Source: a virus (lineage: Duplodnaviria; Caudoviricetes). Taken from it: a stretch of 36,858 nt of DNA. Location of the stretch: IMG/VR virus record IMGVR_UViG_3300017913_001829, positions 1 through 36,858 of that record; one strand, given 5' to 3'. The position numbers and the translations under genes were made by a program. Of the stretch, positions 8,314 through 18,023 are shown in pieces. Each line of letters starts with the position of its first letter. The stretch's first letter is position 1. The notes under the pieces are model-generated. The model was not told the origin of the DNA. It was given only the letters and a program-made list of their open reading frames with translations, and made no database searches.

Positions 8314-8695
8314 AGATCTTCAAGAAATAATAGAGGCTAATCTAGATCCTACGCTTTTTCCATATAGAAAAGGCAACAGCATCCGTATAGGCCCTATTGC
8401 AATCCGTGAGAGTAAGAAAGGATATCTAGTTTACAATCTAAAAACTAACAAACAAATCGCAAGAACTTTCTGCAAAACAGCCGCTGTCGCAATAGCTAAA
8501 AGTGGTAAAGTAAACGAAATAATTAACTTAGATAACCAGATTATGAAGCATTTTAATGATTGTTTGTTCTACAAAAATACAATGAAAACAAGCAAAAATG
8601 AGACAAGCAGGTTTGTAGCTGAAAATCGTTACGAAATAAGCTCAGATAAGACACATGACTTGAAACAGAAACTGGACCATTATATATTCGATTAA
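8291..8695 (+). CDS. Hypothetical protein
   Basis: 134 aa ORF filling the gap in the operon. Confidence 0.7.
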   Translation: MISPKVLKDLQEIIEANLDPTLFPYRKGNSIRIGPIAIRESKKGYLVYNLKTNKQIARTFCKTAAVAIAKSGKVNEIINLDNQIMKHFNDCLFYKNTMKTSKNETSRFVAENRYEISSDKTHDLKQKLDHYIFD

Positions 8696-8734
8696 GATAA
8701 ATAAATATAACAAACACTAATAGGAAGAGTGACC

Positions 8735-9604
8735 ATGAACATTAGAGAGATTTCAAAGCCTGTAACAGCAAAGGCACTTAATGAAAGCCTTGCCAAGCGT
8801 TTTGGTAAGAAGATTAATTTAGAAGCATTTACGCTAGAGCAATTAGAAGATGCTCGCAACAAACTACGCACACAACTAAGTCAGTTTGAAACTAACGAAA
8901 GTTTTGATGCAGTGCATTCAAATGAAACATATCAAAAAAACAAACTCTTCCTTGATGTATTGAATGCCGCTGTTGAAGAAGCTGCCGCAAAGCCAGACTT
9001 CCTAGATTTAGATAAAGATGGCGATAAAAAAGAACCAATGAAAAAAGCTGCCAAAGATAAAGAAGATAATAAAGACGACAAAAAAGAAGAGTCGATCAAA
9101 GAAGGCAAAGAAGATGAAGCTGAACTAGTTATGGCCGCAAAGGACATGGTAACTAGAGTTACATCTTGGATGGAAGACACAGCAGAAATGCAGACTGAAT
9201 CAATGCTAGAACTAGCAGATGCAATCCGCGATGAAATGGGTCAAGCAGAATCAGACAGTTTCGTAGGTGTAGTTAAGCCTGCACTAGAATCAATGTACAC
9301 AGCAATGGAAAGCACACGTGAAGCACTAACACAAGGTGTTGGACAACTTACAGGCGAAGGTGAAGCACCAGCAGAAGAAATGGGTGCAGAGCCAGCAACT
9401 GATGCTCCAGAAGCTGATGCAGAAATGGAACCAACAGTTGATCAAGATGAAGCTGATGCAGCCGCTGATGAGTTTGCCGCAGCTGAACCTGCCGCAGGTG
9501 GTGAAGAAGAAGCTGGTAGAGAAAAGCGTGAGTCGAAAGTCAACAATAAAAAAGTTATTGAAGCGAGTAGACGATTAGGTACAATTCTTTCAAAAAAAAA
9601 GTAA
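8735..9604 (+). CDS. Acidic coiled-coil protein, probable prohead core/scaffold-like
   Basis: Late motif at 8698-8707. Very E/D/A-rich, with KPDFLDLDKDGDKKEPMKKAAKD segment and many L/I/V-x-E sites. Ends in an A9 run. Confidence 0.6.
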   Translation: MNIREISKPVTAKALNESLAKRFGKKINLEAFTLEQLEDARNKLRTQLSQFETNESFDAVHSNETYQKNKLFLDVLNAAVEEAAAKPDFLDLDKDGDKKEPMKKAAKDKEDNKDDKKEESIKEGKEDEAELVMAAKDMVTRVTSWMEDTAEMQTESMLELADAIRDEMGQAESDSFVGVVKPALESMYTAMESTREALTQGVGQLTGEGEAPAEEMGAEPATDAPEADAEMEPTVDQDEADAAADEFAAAEPAAGGEEEAGREKRESKVNNKKVIEASRRLGTILSKKK

Positions 9605-9978
9605 CAGAGTCTGAAGAGACTTTAAAACTTATCCAAGTCATGAGAACAGTCATAGGCAGTGCTGACCGTCAAGGTAAAGGTGCTGTTTTACATTTCAACA
9701 AGCCACAAAAAGAAGGTATACAACAAGGTGCTTTGAACATTGATGGCAATAAAATATTACAGAATGTAGGCAGTGAACATTTTGACTATGGGTCTTTCAA
9801 AGCCGCATATGATACAGATGCTCGTGTAAAGACAATGACTGCTAACTTTAACAAAGACTTCATTACATTAAAGACAACAAAAGAAGCTGACAAGCCAGCA
9901 GGCGGCGGTGAAGGTGGTACTGATACTGTTTCAAAGATGGCTAGCCGTGCTGTAGACTTGAGTCCAGAAGCACTATAA
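9601..9978 (+). CDS. Hypothetical ORF in the -1 frame of the upstream gene (ATG at 9640; possibly reached by frameshift)
   Basis: Frame is open from 9601 (VTESEETLKLIQVMRTV...). No SD before ATG 9640. Confidence 0.6.
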   Translation, partial: VTESEETLKLIQVMRTVIGSADRQGKGAVLHFNKPQKEGIQQGALNIDGNKILQNVGSEHFDYGSFKAAYDTDARVKTMTANFNKDFITLKTTKEADKPAGGGEGGTDTVSKMASRAVDLSPEAL

Positions 9979-9983
9979 AATAC

Positions 9984-10012
9984 TTGACAATCAAATACTT
10001 ATGTACTATAAT
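9984..10012 (+). promoter_or_regulatory. Sigma70-type promoter
   Basis: Perfect TTGACA-17 nt-TATAAT. Confidence 0.85.
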
Positions 10013-10032
10013 AAACAAAATAAGGATTTATT

Positions 10033-10380
10033 ATGGCTAGAACCAATGACGAAATAATTGAGCAAATAAAACATTTACTTGAAACAAGAGTCCAACCAAG
10101 TGTAGATTCACATGGAGGACATATTGACTTTGTATCTTATGACAACGGAAAATTAAATCTTATCCTAGGAGGAGCATGTTCAGGTTGTGCAGGTAGCACC
10201 ATGACTCTTAAGTTTGGTGTCGAAAACATGATCAAACATTACGTTCCAGAGGTACATACTGTAGAAGCAGATGATGATCCATTCAGTCAAGTTGATCCAT
10301 ACTATATGATGGATCCATTTATGGAAAACTTTGATCAGTATGCAGAGGATGAAGATGAGTCTATTATTAAAAAAGTATAA
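10033..10380 (+). CDS. NifU C-terminal/NfuA Fe-S cluster carrier domain protein
   Basis: RVQPSVDSHGGHIDFV...LGGACSGCAGSTMTLKFGVE with CxxC. Confidence 0.9.
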   Translation: MARTNDEIIEQIKHLLETRVQPSVDSHGGHIDFVSYDNGKLNLILGGACSGCAGSTMTLKFGVENMIKHYVPEVHTVEADDDPFSQVDPYYMMDPFMENFDQYAEDEDESIIKKV

Positions 10381-11035
10381 TTACCAACCCATCAATAGAA
10401 AAGAAGTAAACGGTAAGCGACTATATGCCACCCCCGATGGAAATGCTGTGGCCTCTGTCACAACTATCCTCGACGCTACCAAAGATAAGACACACCTTAT
10501 TGCTTGGCGTAAGAGGGTGGGTGAAAAGAAAGCACAAGAAATAACCACAGAAGCCGCAGGTGTTGGTACACGTATGCACAAATACCTTGAGGACTATGTA
10601 GAAACTGGTGAGTGGCCAACACCCGGTAGCAACCCTTATGCTCAACAAGCACACATGATGGCGACCCAGATCAAAGAAAAGGCACTGGCCCATGTTGATG
10701 AGATATGGGGGTCAGAAGTAAATTTGTATATGCCACAGATGTATGCAGGCACCACTGACTTGGTAGGACAGTATAAAGGTCAACCCTCCATAATGGATTT
10801 CAAGCAGACTAACAAGCCTAAAAAAGTTGAATGGGTAGTTGACTACTTCTTGCAACTTGTCGCTTATGCAGAAGCACACAATGAAATATATGGTACAGAA
10901 ATACGTGAAGGACATGTGTTTATGTGTAGTAGAGCAGGTGAATATCAACAGTTTGATATATGGCCAAATGAGTATGAGGAATGGCGCAAAGAATGGTACA
11001 ACAGAGTGTACGCATATTACGAAACTCTAGCATAA
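10355..11035 (+). CDS. PD-(D/E)xK exonuclease (Cas4/RecB-like phage exonuclease)
   Basis: SVTTIL, GTRMHKYLE, YAGTTDLV, IMDFKQT and QLVAYA motifs. Confidence 0.85.
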   Translation: MSLLLKKYNYQPINRKEVNGKRLYATPDGNAVASVTTILDATKDKTHLIAWRKRVGEKKAQEITTEAAGVGTRMHKYLEDYVETGEWPTPGSNPYAQQAHMMATQIKEKALAHVDEIWGSEVNLYMPQMYAGTTDLVGQYKGQPSIMDFKQTNKPKKVEWVVDYFLQLVAYAEAHNEIYGTEIREGHVFMCSRAGEYQQFDIWPNEYEEWRKEWYNRVYAYYETLA

Positions 11036-11062
11036 ATATACAAAAGAGTCTAGGAGTTTGAA

Positions 11063-12712
11063 ATGGCAGTAGTCCAAATATCAAAAATACAAGTTCGTCG
11101 AGGAAAGAAGAATGCCGGTTCAGGGCTACCTCAATTATCTTCAGGTGAACTAGGCTGGGCAATCGATACTAGAGAATTATTCATTGGTAACGGTAGTGTA
11201 GCAGAAGGTTCGCCAGCAGTTGGCAACACAAAAGTTTTAACACAGTATGATAATTTATTTTCATTAGCAGACACATATACTTACAAAGCAGATGAAAGTT
11301 ACTTAGTAACAGGCGCAAGTTCAAGCAGTCCAGTAACACGTAAACTCCAAGACGTACTAGACGATCAAGTATTTGGCGATGCTTTTGGACTTACAGGCGA
11401 AGCAACACAAGACGCAACACCTTTGTTACAACGTGCATTAGATCAACTTTATCTTAACGATAGCACAAAAGGTAGCATTGGCAGTCGTGTAACATTACAT
11501 TTACGCCCTGGTATCTATACTATAGATGATACTATCTACATTCCACCACATGCTTCTATCGTAGGAGCAGGATCAGATAAAACTGTAATTAGATGTTCAA
11601 CAGTAAGCACAACACTTATGCAAACAGTGGACAGTACTAGCACACCTGGTGCTCCTGTAACAACTGATACAAGTACAACAACATTGAATCAACCAACAGA
11701 TATCCTTATCAAAGGTGTTACATTTGAAACAACTGTTACTAACACAGGATTACTACTAAACAACATTAAGAATAGTGTGTTTGAAGATGTTAAAATCAAA
11801 GGTCCTTGGGAAACAGGCGACACATTAGACACAGACGGAAGTGATGACGTTGCTATAAAAGTTAACAGCAAAAGTTCTAGTGTTGAATCAAAGAACAATA
11901 AATTTATAAATTGTAAGATAGAAGGATTCAGTTACGGTCTTACAAGTAATTGGGACATACATGATAACCTATTTGATGGATTATCTGTAAAAAGTTGCGG
12001 TTACGGTGTTACATTTGGGCATGACATGGTTATAAACAGTGCGGCAGGCAGTGGTAAACTTACAGGTCCAAAAAATAATATTATTACAAACTCAGTGTTT
12101 GAAGATATTGATAGTCAGGCTATTTGGGTAGAAAAAGGACAAGGCAATACTTCTTCACACAACAATTTTATTGGTGTTGGTAACGCAGGCGGCAACGAAG
12201 GATCACCAGACACAAGTGTAATAAAGTTTACTGCTAGAGGAAATGTAAGTGAACAAGATACTTTCAGTAGAACAGCAACACTAAGTTATGATCAAACTTA
12301 TATTAACAGTGCCGCTTATCTTCCTGAAGTGGAAGGTAAAGGCTTTATAAGCATTGGCGAACCACAAAAGGTTACAATTACTACAGGTAGCAATATCAAA
12401 ACATTTAGATTAGGTGGTATAGGACACCAGGCTTATGATATAGATTACATTATTACTAGCCAAAACTATACAGCAGTACGCTCAGGAACACTTACTGTAA
12501 TCTGCGAAGATTATGGTGATACAGTTTCAACTTCAGATGAGTATACATATCAAGGCACAAGCACTTATGACGCGGCAATTACTTTTTCTGCAACTGTCCA
12601 AGATGTAGATTCAGACTTGACAAAAGACACAATAGATGTTAATGTAACAAGTACAATGCCAAGCGACGATCAGTCAATAATGGAATTTAGAGTAAGAGCT
12701 AAGAAAAACTAG
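11063..12712 (+). CDS. Virion tail/baseplate-associated protein with right-handed beta-helix (pectate-lyase-like) domain
   Basis: N-terminal MAVVQISKIQVRRG...LPQLSSGELGWAIDTRELFIGNG attachment domain, then LQRALD...PGIYTI...GAGSDKT and Asn-rich repeats. Late motif at 11033. Confidence 0.7.
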   Translation: MAVVQISKIQVRRGKKNAGSGLPQLSSGELGWAIDTRELFIGNGSVAEGSPAVGNTKVLTQYDNLFSLADTYTYKADESYLVTGASSSSPVTRKLQDVLDDQVFGDAFGLTGEATQDATPLLQRALDQLYLNDSTKGSIGSRVTLHLRPGIYTIDDTIYIPPHASIVGAGSDKTVIRCSTVSTTLMQTVDSTSTPGAPVTTDTSTTTLNQPTDILIKGVTFETTVTNTGLLLNNIKNSVFEDVKIKGPWETGDTLDTDGSDDVAIKVNSKSSSVESKNNKFINCKIEGFSYGLTSNWDIHDNLFDGLSVKSCGYGVTFGHDMVINSAAGSGKLTGPKNNIITNSVFEDIDSQAIWVEKGQGNTSSHNNFIGVGNAGGNEGSPDTSVIKFTARGNVSEQDTFSRTATLSYDQTYINSAAYLPEVEGKGFISIGEPQKVTITTGSNIKTFRLGGIGHQAYDIDYIITSQNYTAVRSGTLTVICEDYGDTVSTSDEYTYQGTSTYDAAITFSATVQDVDSDLTKDTIDVNVTSTMPSDDQSIMEFRVRAKKN

Positions 12713-13131
12713 TGTTTGATCTAAGTTATGAAGCAAGACTACAATCGTGGTCCGATTTCAGAAAGTCTTTGGAGTCATCTGAAGATCCTTTCCAAGACGT
12801 TATAGACTTTTATAGCAAAACTCCACTGGTGAGTATACATACAGATCCATGGAGTAAAGACACATGGCCGGACCCTTGGCAGTTAATTTTAGAGAATCAG
12901 TATTGTGCTTTTTGCATCGTACTAGGACAGTGCTATTCTTTACAGTTAACCGAACGCTTTAGTGATAGTATTTTTGAGATACATATCGCTATAGATCGAA
13001 AAAAGTCAGATACATACTACATGCTGTATGTTGACGATGTTGTATTAGGATATGTAGCAGATGATTATGTTAAACAAAATGAAATACCAAGCACTATCGA
13101 AATACAAAAAACTTACACGATGCAAAACTAA
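12712..13131 (+). CDS. Hypothetical protein
   Basis: 139 aa, GTG start overlapping the upstream stop. Confidence 0.7.
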   Translation: MFDLSYEARLQSWSDFRKSLESSEDPFQDVIDFYSKTPLVSIHTDPWSKDTWPDPWQLILENQYCAFCIVLGQCYSLQLTERFSDSIFEIHIAIDRKKSDTYYMLYVDDVVLGYVADDYVKQNEIPSTIEIQKTYTMQN

Positions 13132-13162
13132 ATATCAAATTGTAAAATAGAGAGAGGTTATA

Positions 13163-15493
13163 ATGTCAAATGGAACTATGATCGTCAAGCGTGACGGAAG
13201 AAAAGAACACCTCAACATAGATAAGATTCACTTTGTTGTTGAGGAGGCTTGTAAAGGACTTGCAGGTGTTAGTAGTAGTCAAATAGAAATGAATGCAAAC
13301 TTACAGTTTTATGATGGTATGACTACAGAAGAAATCCAAGAGATCCTTATCCGTAGCGCAAATGATCTTATTTCGTTAGACATTCCAAACTATCAATATG
13401 CCGCGGCACGTTTGTTAGGCTATGGTGTAAACAAACAAGTGTTTGGACGTTATAAGGCTATTACATTACGTGAAATGATCGAAAAGAATATTGAGCGCGG
13501 AGTATATGATCCAGCGATCCTTGACGATTATGACGATGAAGAAATTGAACGTATGGATTCATACATCCATCACAAGCGTGATGAGAATTTTACCTACGCA
13601 GGTTTGCGTCAGGTTGTAGACAAATACCTTTGTCAAGATAGATCATCAGGAGAAATTTTTGAGACTCCACAGTTTATGTATATGATGATTGCGGCAACAT
13701 TGTTTGCCAACTATCCAAAAGACGAACGTATGTATTATGTAAGGAGATATTACGATGCGACCTCGCTTTTTAAACTCAACATCCCGACCCCAGTCATGGC
13801 GGGAGTGCGTACCCCAGTCAGGCAGTTTGCCTCGTGTGTCCTCGTTGATTCGGATGACACGCTTGATTCCATTTTTGCCAGTGATATGTCTATTGGACGT
13901 TACACAGCGCAGAGAGCTGGCATCGGCATTAACGCAGGGCGCATCAGAGGAGTTAATAGCAAAATTAGAGGAGGCGAAGTTGCCCACACAGGAATCATCC
14001 CATTCCTAAAAAAGTTTGAGGCAACTGTAAGATGTTGTACACAAAATGGTGTACGTGGAGGTAGTGCTACTACACACTTCCCGTTTTGGCATCAAGAGAT
14101 TGAAGATATCCTTGTGTTGAAAAATAACAAAGGCACAGAGGATAACAGAGTGCGTAAGTTGGATTATAGTATTCAGCTTAACAAAACAATGTACGAAAGG
14201 TTGCTTGGGGGCGGCGACATTACATTGTTCAGCCCCCACGATGTACCAGGCTTGTATGAAGCATACTTTGAGGATGCAGACACATTCAAAGAGATGTATG
14301 AAATGTACGAGCGTAAGACAAGCATCAAAAAGAAAAAGATCCCTGCAATGGAACTATTTTCTGCATTGGTTAAAGAACGTGCAGAAACAGGACGCATTTA
14401 CATTATGAATGTTGATCACTGTAATGACCATAGTTCATTCAAAGACAAAGTATACATGAGTAACTTGTGTCAAGAGATTACACTTCCTACAAAACCTCTC
14501 AACCACATTGACGATGAGAATGGTGAGATTGCACTTTGTATTCTAAGCGCAATTAACGTAGGTATTATCAAAGACCTAGAGGATCTAGAAGAACTATGTG
14601 AACTTGCAGTAAGAGCTTTAGAAGAAATTATTGATTATCAACGCTATCCTATCAAAGCCGCTGAAATCAGCACAAAGGCTAGACGTTCACTTGGTATTGG
14701 TTACATTGGACTTGCACACTATCTTGCAAAGAACAAAGTAAAATATGACGACAAAGAAGCATGGCAACTTGTACACAACTTAACTGAAGCGTTCCAATAC
14801 TATTTGCTAAAAGCAAGTAACGAACTTGCAAAAGAGCGTGGTGCATGTGAGTATTTCAACCGCACTAAATACAGTGACGGCATCCTACCTATCGACACAT
14901 ACAAAAAGGATGTTGATGATATTGTAAAGAACAAACTCAACTATGATTGGAATGATTTACGCAAGTCAATTAAAGAACACGGACTACGGCACAGCACATT
15001 GTCCGCACAAATGCCTTCAGAGAGCAGTTCCGTTGTGTCGAACGCAACAAACGGTATCGAACCTCCTAGAGGATACTTGTCCGTTAAGAAAAGCAAAAAA
15101 GGGCCTCTTAAGCAGATTGTTCCACAATATCAAAGTCTTAAGCAACACTACACCCTGCTGTGGGACATGCCTAGCAACGAAGGTTACATCAACGTTGTTG
15201 CGGTAATGCAAAAGTTCTTTGACCAAGCCATTAGTGGCAACTGGTCATACAATCCTACACACTTCGAAAATAATGAAGTTCCAATGAGTGTAATGATTAA
15301 AGATTTGCTAAGTACATATAAGTTAGGTTGGAAAACTTCGTACTATCAAAACACCTACGATTATAAAACTGATCCAAGTGAGATGACTGACGAGCCAGCA
15401 CATTCATTGGGTTGGCATGATAACCAGCCTGAAGTAGAGCCAGCTACTTTGGCAAATGACGATGAGGAAATGTGTGACGCATGTGCAATTTAA
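13163..15493 (+). CDS. nrdA: Ribonucleotide reductase class Ia alpha subunit
   Basis: N-terminal ATP cone (IVKRDG), PTPVMAG, SCVL, SNLCQEI, MPSESSS, NGIEP and C-terminal CDAC. Confidence 0.97.
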   Translation: MSNGTMIVKRDGRKEHLNIDKIHFVVEEACKGLAGVSSSQIEMNANLQFYDGMTTEEIQEILIRSANDLISLDIPNYQYAAARLLGYGVNKQVFGRYKAITLREMIEKNIERGVYDPAILDDYDDEEIERMDSYIHHKRDENFTYAGLRQVVDKYLCQDRSSGEIFETPQFMYMMIAATLFANYPKDERMYYVRRYYDATSLFKLNIPTPVMAGVRTPVRQFASCVLVDSDDTLDSIFASDMSIGRYTAQRAGIGINAGRIRGVNSKIRGGEVAHTGIIPFLKKFEATVRCCTQNGVRGGSATTHFPFWHQEIEDILVLKNNKGTEDNRVRKLDYSIQLNKTMYERLLGGGDITLFSPHDVPGLYEAYFEDADTFKEMYEMYERKTSIKKKKIPAMELFSALVKERAETGRIYIMNVDHCNDHSSFKDKVYMSNLCQEITLPTKPLNHIDDENGEIALCILSAINVGIIKDLEDLEELCELAVRALEEIIDYQRYPIKAAEISTKARRSLGIGYIGLAHYLAKNKVKYDDKEAWQLVHNLTEAFQYYLLKASNELAKERGACEYFNRTKYSDGILPIDTYKKDVDDIVKNKLNYDWNDLRKSIKEHGLRHSTLSAQMPSESSSVVSNATNGIEPPRGYLSVKKSKKGPLKQIVPQYQSLKQHYTLLWDMPSNEGYINVVAVMQKFFDQAISGNWSYNPTHFENNEVPMSVMIKDLLSTYKLGWKTSYYQNTYDYKTDPSEMTDEPAHSLGWHDNQPEVEPATLANDDEEMCDACAI

Positions 15494-15495
15494 GG

Positions 15496-15524
15496 TTGAC
15501 ACAAGGACCAGATCCTATTATTAT
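15496..15524 (+). promoter_or_regulatory. Sigma70-type promoter upstream of nrdB
   Basis: TTGACA-17-TATTAT. Confidence 0.7.
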
Positions 15525-15549
15525 ATAGAACATTAAGGAAAGAGAGACA

Positions 15550-16653
15550 ATGTCTAGAACAGTATTCAATAAAGAAAAAGTGGACTTCACCAAAGAAACA
15601 ATGTTTTTTGGTGCTGAACAGAACACCCAAAGATATGACACATTTAAATTTCCTGTGTTCGATAAACTTAACCAAACAATGTTAGGTTATTTTTGGCGTC
15701 CTGAAGAAGTCAGTTTACAAAAGGATCGTGCAGACTATGCACAGTTCCGTCCAGAGCAGAAGCATATCTTTACTGCTAATCTAAAATATCAAACACTATT
15801 AGATAGTGTGCAAGGACGTGGCCCATGCCTAAGTTTCCTTCCACATGTATCACTGCCTGAGCTAGAAGGTTGTATTGTTACTTGGGACTTCTTTGAAACT
15901 ATTCACAGTCGTTCTTATACACACATCATGAAGAACGTGTATCCAGATCCAAGTGAAGTATTTGATACAATCTTAGATGATGAAAAGATTCTTGCTCGTG
16001 CGGAATCAGTTACAAAATATTACGATGCGTTCAACGAAGCCGCAGATGCATACAAACATCGAGGTGAAGGCAATATGCGTGACGTAAAGAAAAAATTATA
16101 TCTTGCAATGCAAACTGTAAACATTCTTGAAGGTTTGCGTTTCTATGTGTCATTTGCGTGTACATTTGGCTTTGGAGAACTAAAGCTGATGGAAGGTAGT
16201 GCTAAGATTATTTCACTTATCGCTAGGGATGAAGCACAACATTTGGCACTGAGTACACACGTTCTGAAACTTTGGGCTCAAGGCAAAGACGATCCAGAAA
16301 TGGCAGAAGTCGCAAAAGAGTGTGAAGAAGAAGTTTACGACCTATGGCGTGAGTGTGTAGCAGAAGAAAAAGATTGGGCTGAGTATTTGTTTAAAGATGG
16401 TTCAATGATTGGACTTAACACAACGTTACTTCATCAGTATGTTGAGTATATTGCAAACAGACGTTTGAAAGCACTTGGCATGCAAGCAATCTTTGATCAG
16501 CCAGTAAACACAAATCCGTTACCGTGGACAACACATTGGTTATCAAGTTCAGGTCTACAAGTTGCACCTCAAGAAACAGAAGTTGAATCGTATATCATCG
16601 GCGGCATCAAGCAAGACGTTGACAAAGATATGCTGAAAGGTTTCAGTTTGTGA
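15550..16653 (+). CDS. nrdB: Ribonucleotide reductase class Ia beta subunit
   Basis: FWRPEE, LLDSVQGR, ETIHSRSY, LEGLRFYVSF, RDEAQH and VAPQETE. Confidence 0.97.
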   Translation: MSRTVFNKEKVDFTKETMFFGAEQNTQRYDTFKFPVFDKLNQTMLGYFWRPEEVSLQKDRADYAQFRPEQKHIFTANLKYQTLLDSVQGRGPCLSFLPHVSLPELEGCIVTWDFFETIHSRSYTHIMKNVYPDPSEVFDTILDDEKILARAESVTKYYDAFNEAADAYKHRGEGNMRDVKKKLYLAMQTVNILEGLRFYVSFACTFGFGELKLMEGSAKIISLIARDEAQHLALSTHVLKLWAQGKDDPEMAEVAKECEEEVYDLWRECVAEEKDWAEYLFKDGSMIGLNTTLLHQYVEYIANRRLKALGMQAIFDQPVNTNPLPWTTHWLSSSGLQVAPQETEVESYIIGGIKQDVDKDMLKGFSL

Positions 16654-17159
16654 TAAAGTACTTAGACGATCTCTTTCCTGAAGAGCTTGTACTAAGAACT
16701 TTTGAATACTTTGAAAAGTTTGAGGATTGGCGAGATCTTCACGATGATTATGACAACACACAGCCTAGTCAAGGCAGAGTGTTTGACGATGAGTTTGAAC
16801 CAATCGCTCAAGACTACTTTCAATATCTAGATAGACAAGACTTCAAAAGGTGTATATACAATAAGTTTAGACCAGGAGATTGTCCTAAGCCGCACATAGA
16901 CAGTCATAGTCCTAGTGGAGTTACATATATGATTTATGTAAATCCTAATTGGGACGTATCAATGGGCGGTGAAACAATCTTTATTGAAAACGGAGAAATA
17001 ATAGGATCAGTGGTTCCTAAATTTGGAAGACTGTTAATGTTTAGCGGAGACATATTACATTCTGCTAGACCACCACTAACACAAACAAGGTATAGTTTAG
17101 TATACCAAAACAAACCTACAAGTGGAGCGGAAGCAACAACACTTGGGGAACTAATATAG
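16650..17159 (+). CDS. 2OG-Fe(II) oxygenase (prolyl-hydroxylase-like)
   Basis: HID, YVNPNWDVSMGGET, PKFGRLLMF, LHSARP and RYS motifs. Confidence 0.85.
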   Translation: MIKYLDDLFPEELVLRTFEYFEKFEDWRDLHDDYDNTQPSQGRVFDDEFEPIAQDYFQYLDRQDFKRCIYNKFRPGDCPKPHIDSHSPSGVTYMIYVNPNWDVSMGGETIFIENGEIIGSVVPKFGRLLMFSGDILHSARPPLTQTRYSLVYQNKPTSGAEATTLGELI

Positions 17160-17168
17160 GAGACACAC

Positions 17169-17420
17169 ATGATAGAGATATGGGGCAAGCCAGCATGTCC
17201 AAGTTGTATGAAAGCAAAACAATTTTGCGAAGTAAGACAACTAGAATTTAAATACTTGGAATTAGGAAAAGACTTTGAAAGAGAAAAAGTTTTTGAAGTT
17301 TTTCCAACAGCAAGGACATTTCCACAAATTAAAATCAACGATAAAGCTGTCGGTGGTTATGAACAGTTTGTAGATTATGTAGAAGCAACAGGCTATACAG
17401 GAACAGGATACACAATATAA
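17169..17420 (+). CDS. Glutaredoxin
   Basis: CPSC active site, RTFPQI and VGGY; follows nrdB. Confidence 0.93.
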   Translation: MIEIWGKPACPSCMKAKQFCEVRQLEFKYLELGKDFEREKVFEVFPTARTFPQIKINDKAVGGYEQFVDYVEATGYTGTGYTI

Positions 17421-17713
17421 TGATTATAGAAACACCTTGGAAGAACGGTGACACCGTATCATTTAAACTAAGCAGTGGCGAAGAAATTGTTGCAAGACTA
17501 GATGAAGAAACGCCTGATGCTTATAGAATCAAAAAGCCTATGGTGCTGATTGTACAACAAGATCAAAGCATGGGCCTAGCACCTTTCATGTTTAGTGTAA
17601 AACCTGATGCAAAATTTGAAATGCAAAAAGGAGCAGTCAGTTGTGTTGCAAAAACAGAAGAAGGTATTGCCGCACAGTATGTGGCTACAACAACAGGAAT
17701 AAAGATTAACTAA
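17420..17713 (+). CDS. Sm-like fold hypothetical protein
   Basis: VSFKLSSGEEIVAR...IKKPMVL...LAPF pattern typical of T4-like phage Sm-like proteins. Confidence 0.55.
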   Translation: MIIETPWKNGDTVSFKLSSGEEIVARLDEETPDAYRIKKPMVLIVQQDQSMGLAPFMFSVKPDAKFEMQKGAVSCVAKTEEGIAAQYVATTTGIKIN

Positions 17714-17976
17714 TGCCGGGCGTAAGTAGAGATAATGACACAGCAGGCGGGGATTTAATTCCAAGCCAATCAAGTGTAAGGGTTGACGGAGAGAAAGTTA
17801 TCGTTGACGGAGACGGTGTTGCTGGACACGGATTACCTCCGCATACACCTCAAACTATCTCAGCTGATCTAAACACCACAGTGTCTATCGGTGGAAAAAA
17901 TATTGTTGTAGCAGGTGATGACGCAGATGTATGCGGCGAACTTGCAACTGGTTCAAGCACAGTTAATATAGGTTGA
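17713..17976 (+). CDS. PAAR-motif spike tip protein (gp5.4-like)
   Basis: MPGVSR.ND, V.VDG..V...GD, GHG..PH, VAGD...CG and TGSSTVNIG. Confidence 0.8.
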   Translation: MPGVSRDNDTAGGDLIPSQSSVRVDGEKVIVDGDGVAGHGLPPHTPQTISADLNTTVSIGGKNIVVAGDDADVCGELATGSSTVNIG

Positions 17977-18001
17977 CATTTTCTGTAAAAGAAAGTATAT
18001 T
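17973..18001 (+). promoter_or_regulatory. Sigma70-type promoter
   Basis: TTGACA-17-TATATT; the -35 overlaps the PAAR stop codon. Confidence 0.7.
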
Positions 18002-18023
18002 ATAATTAATCAAGGAGAAAAGA

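Noticed and set aside
10355-11035. Cas4-like nuclease as a sign of a CRISPR-Cas system
   Set aside because: No repeat-spacer array or other cas gene is visible and the four-Cys Fe-S motif is absent; it fits an ordinary phage exonuclease.
13163-16653. Introns, inteins or homing endonucleases in nrdA/nrdB
   Set aside because: Both ORFs are continuous and of normal length.
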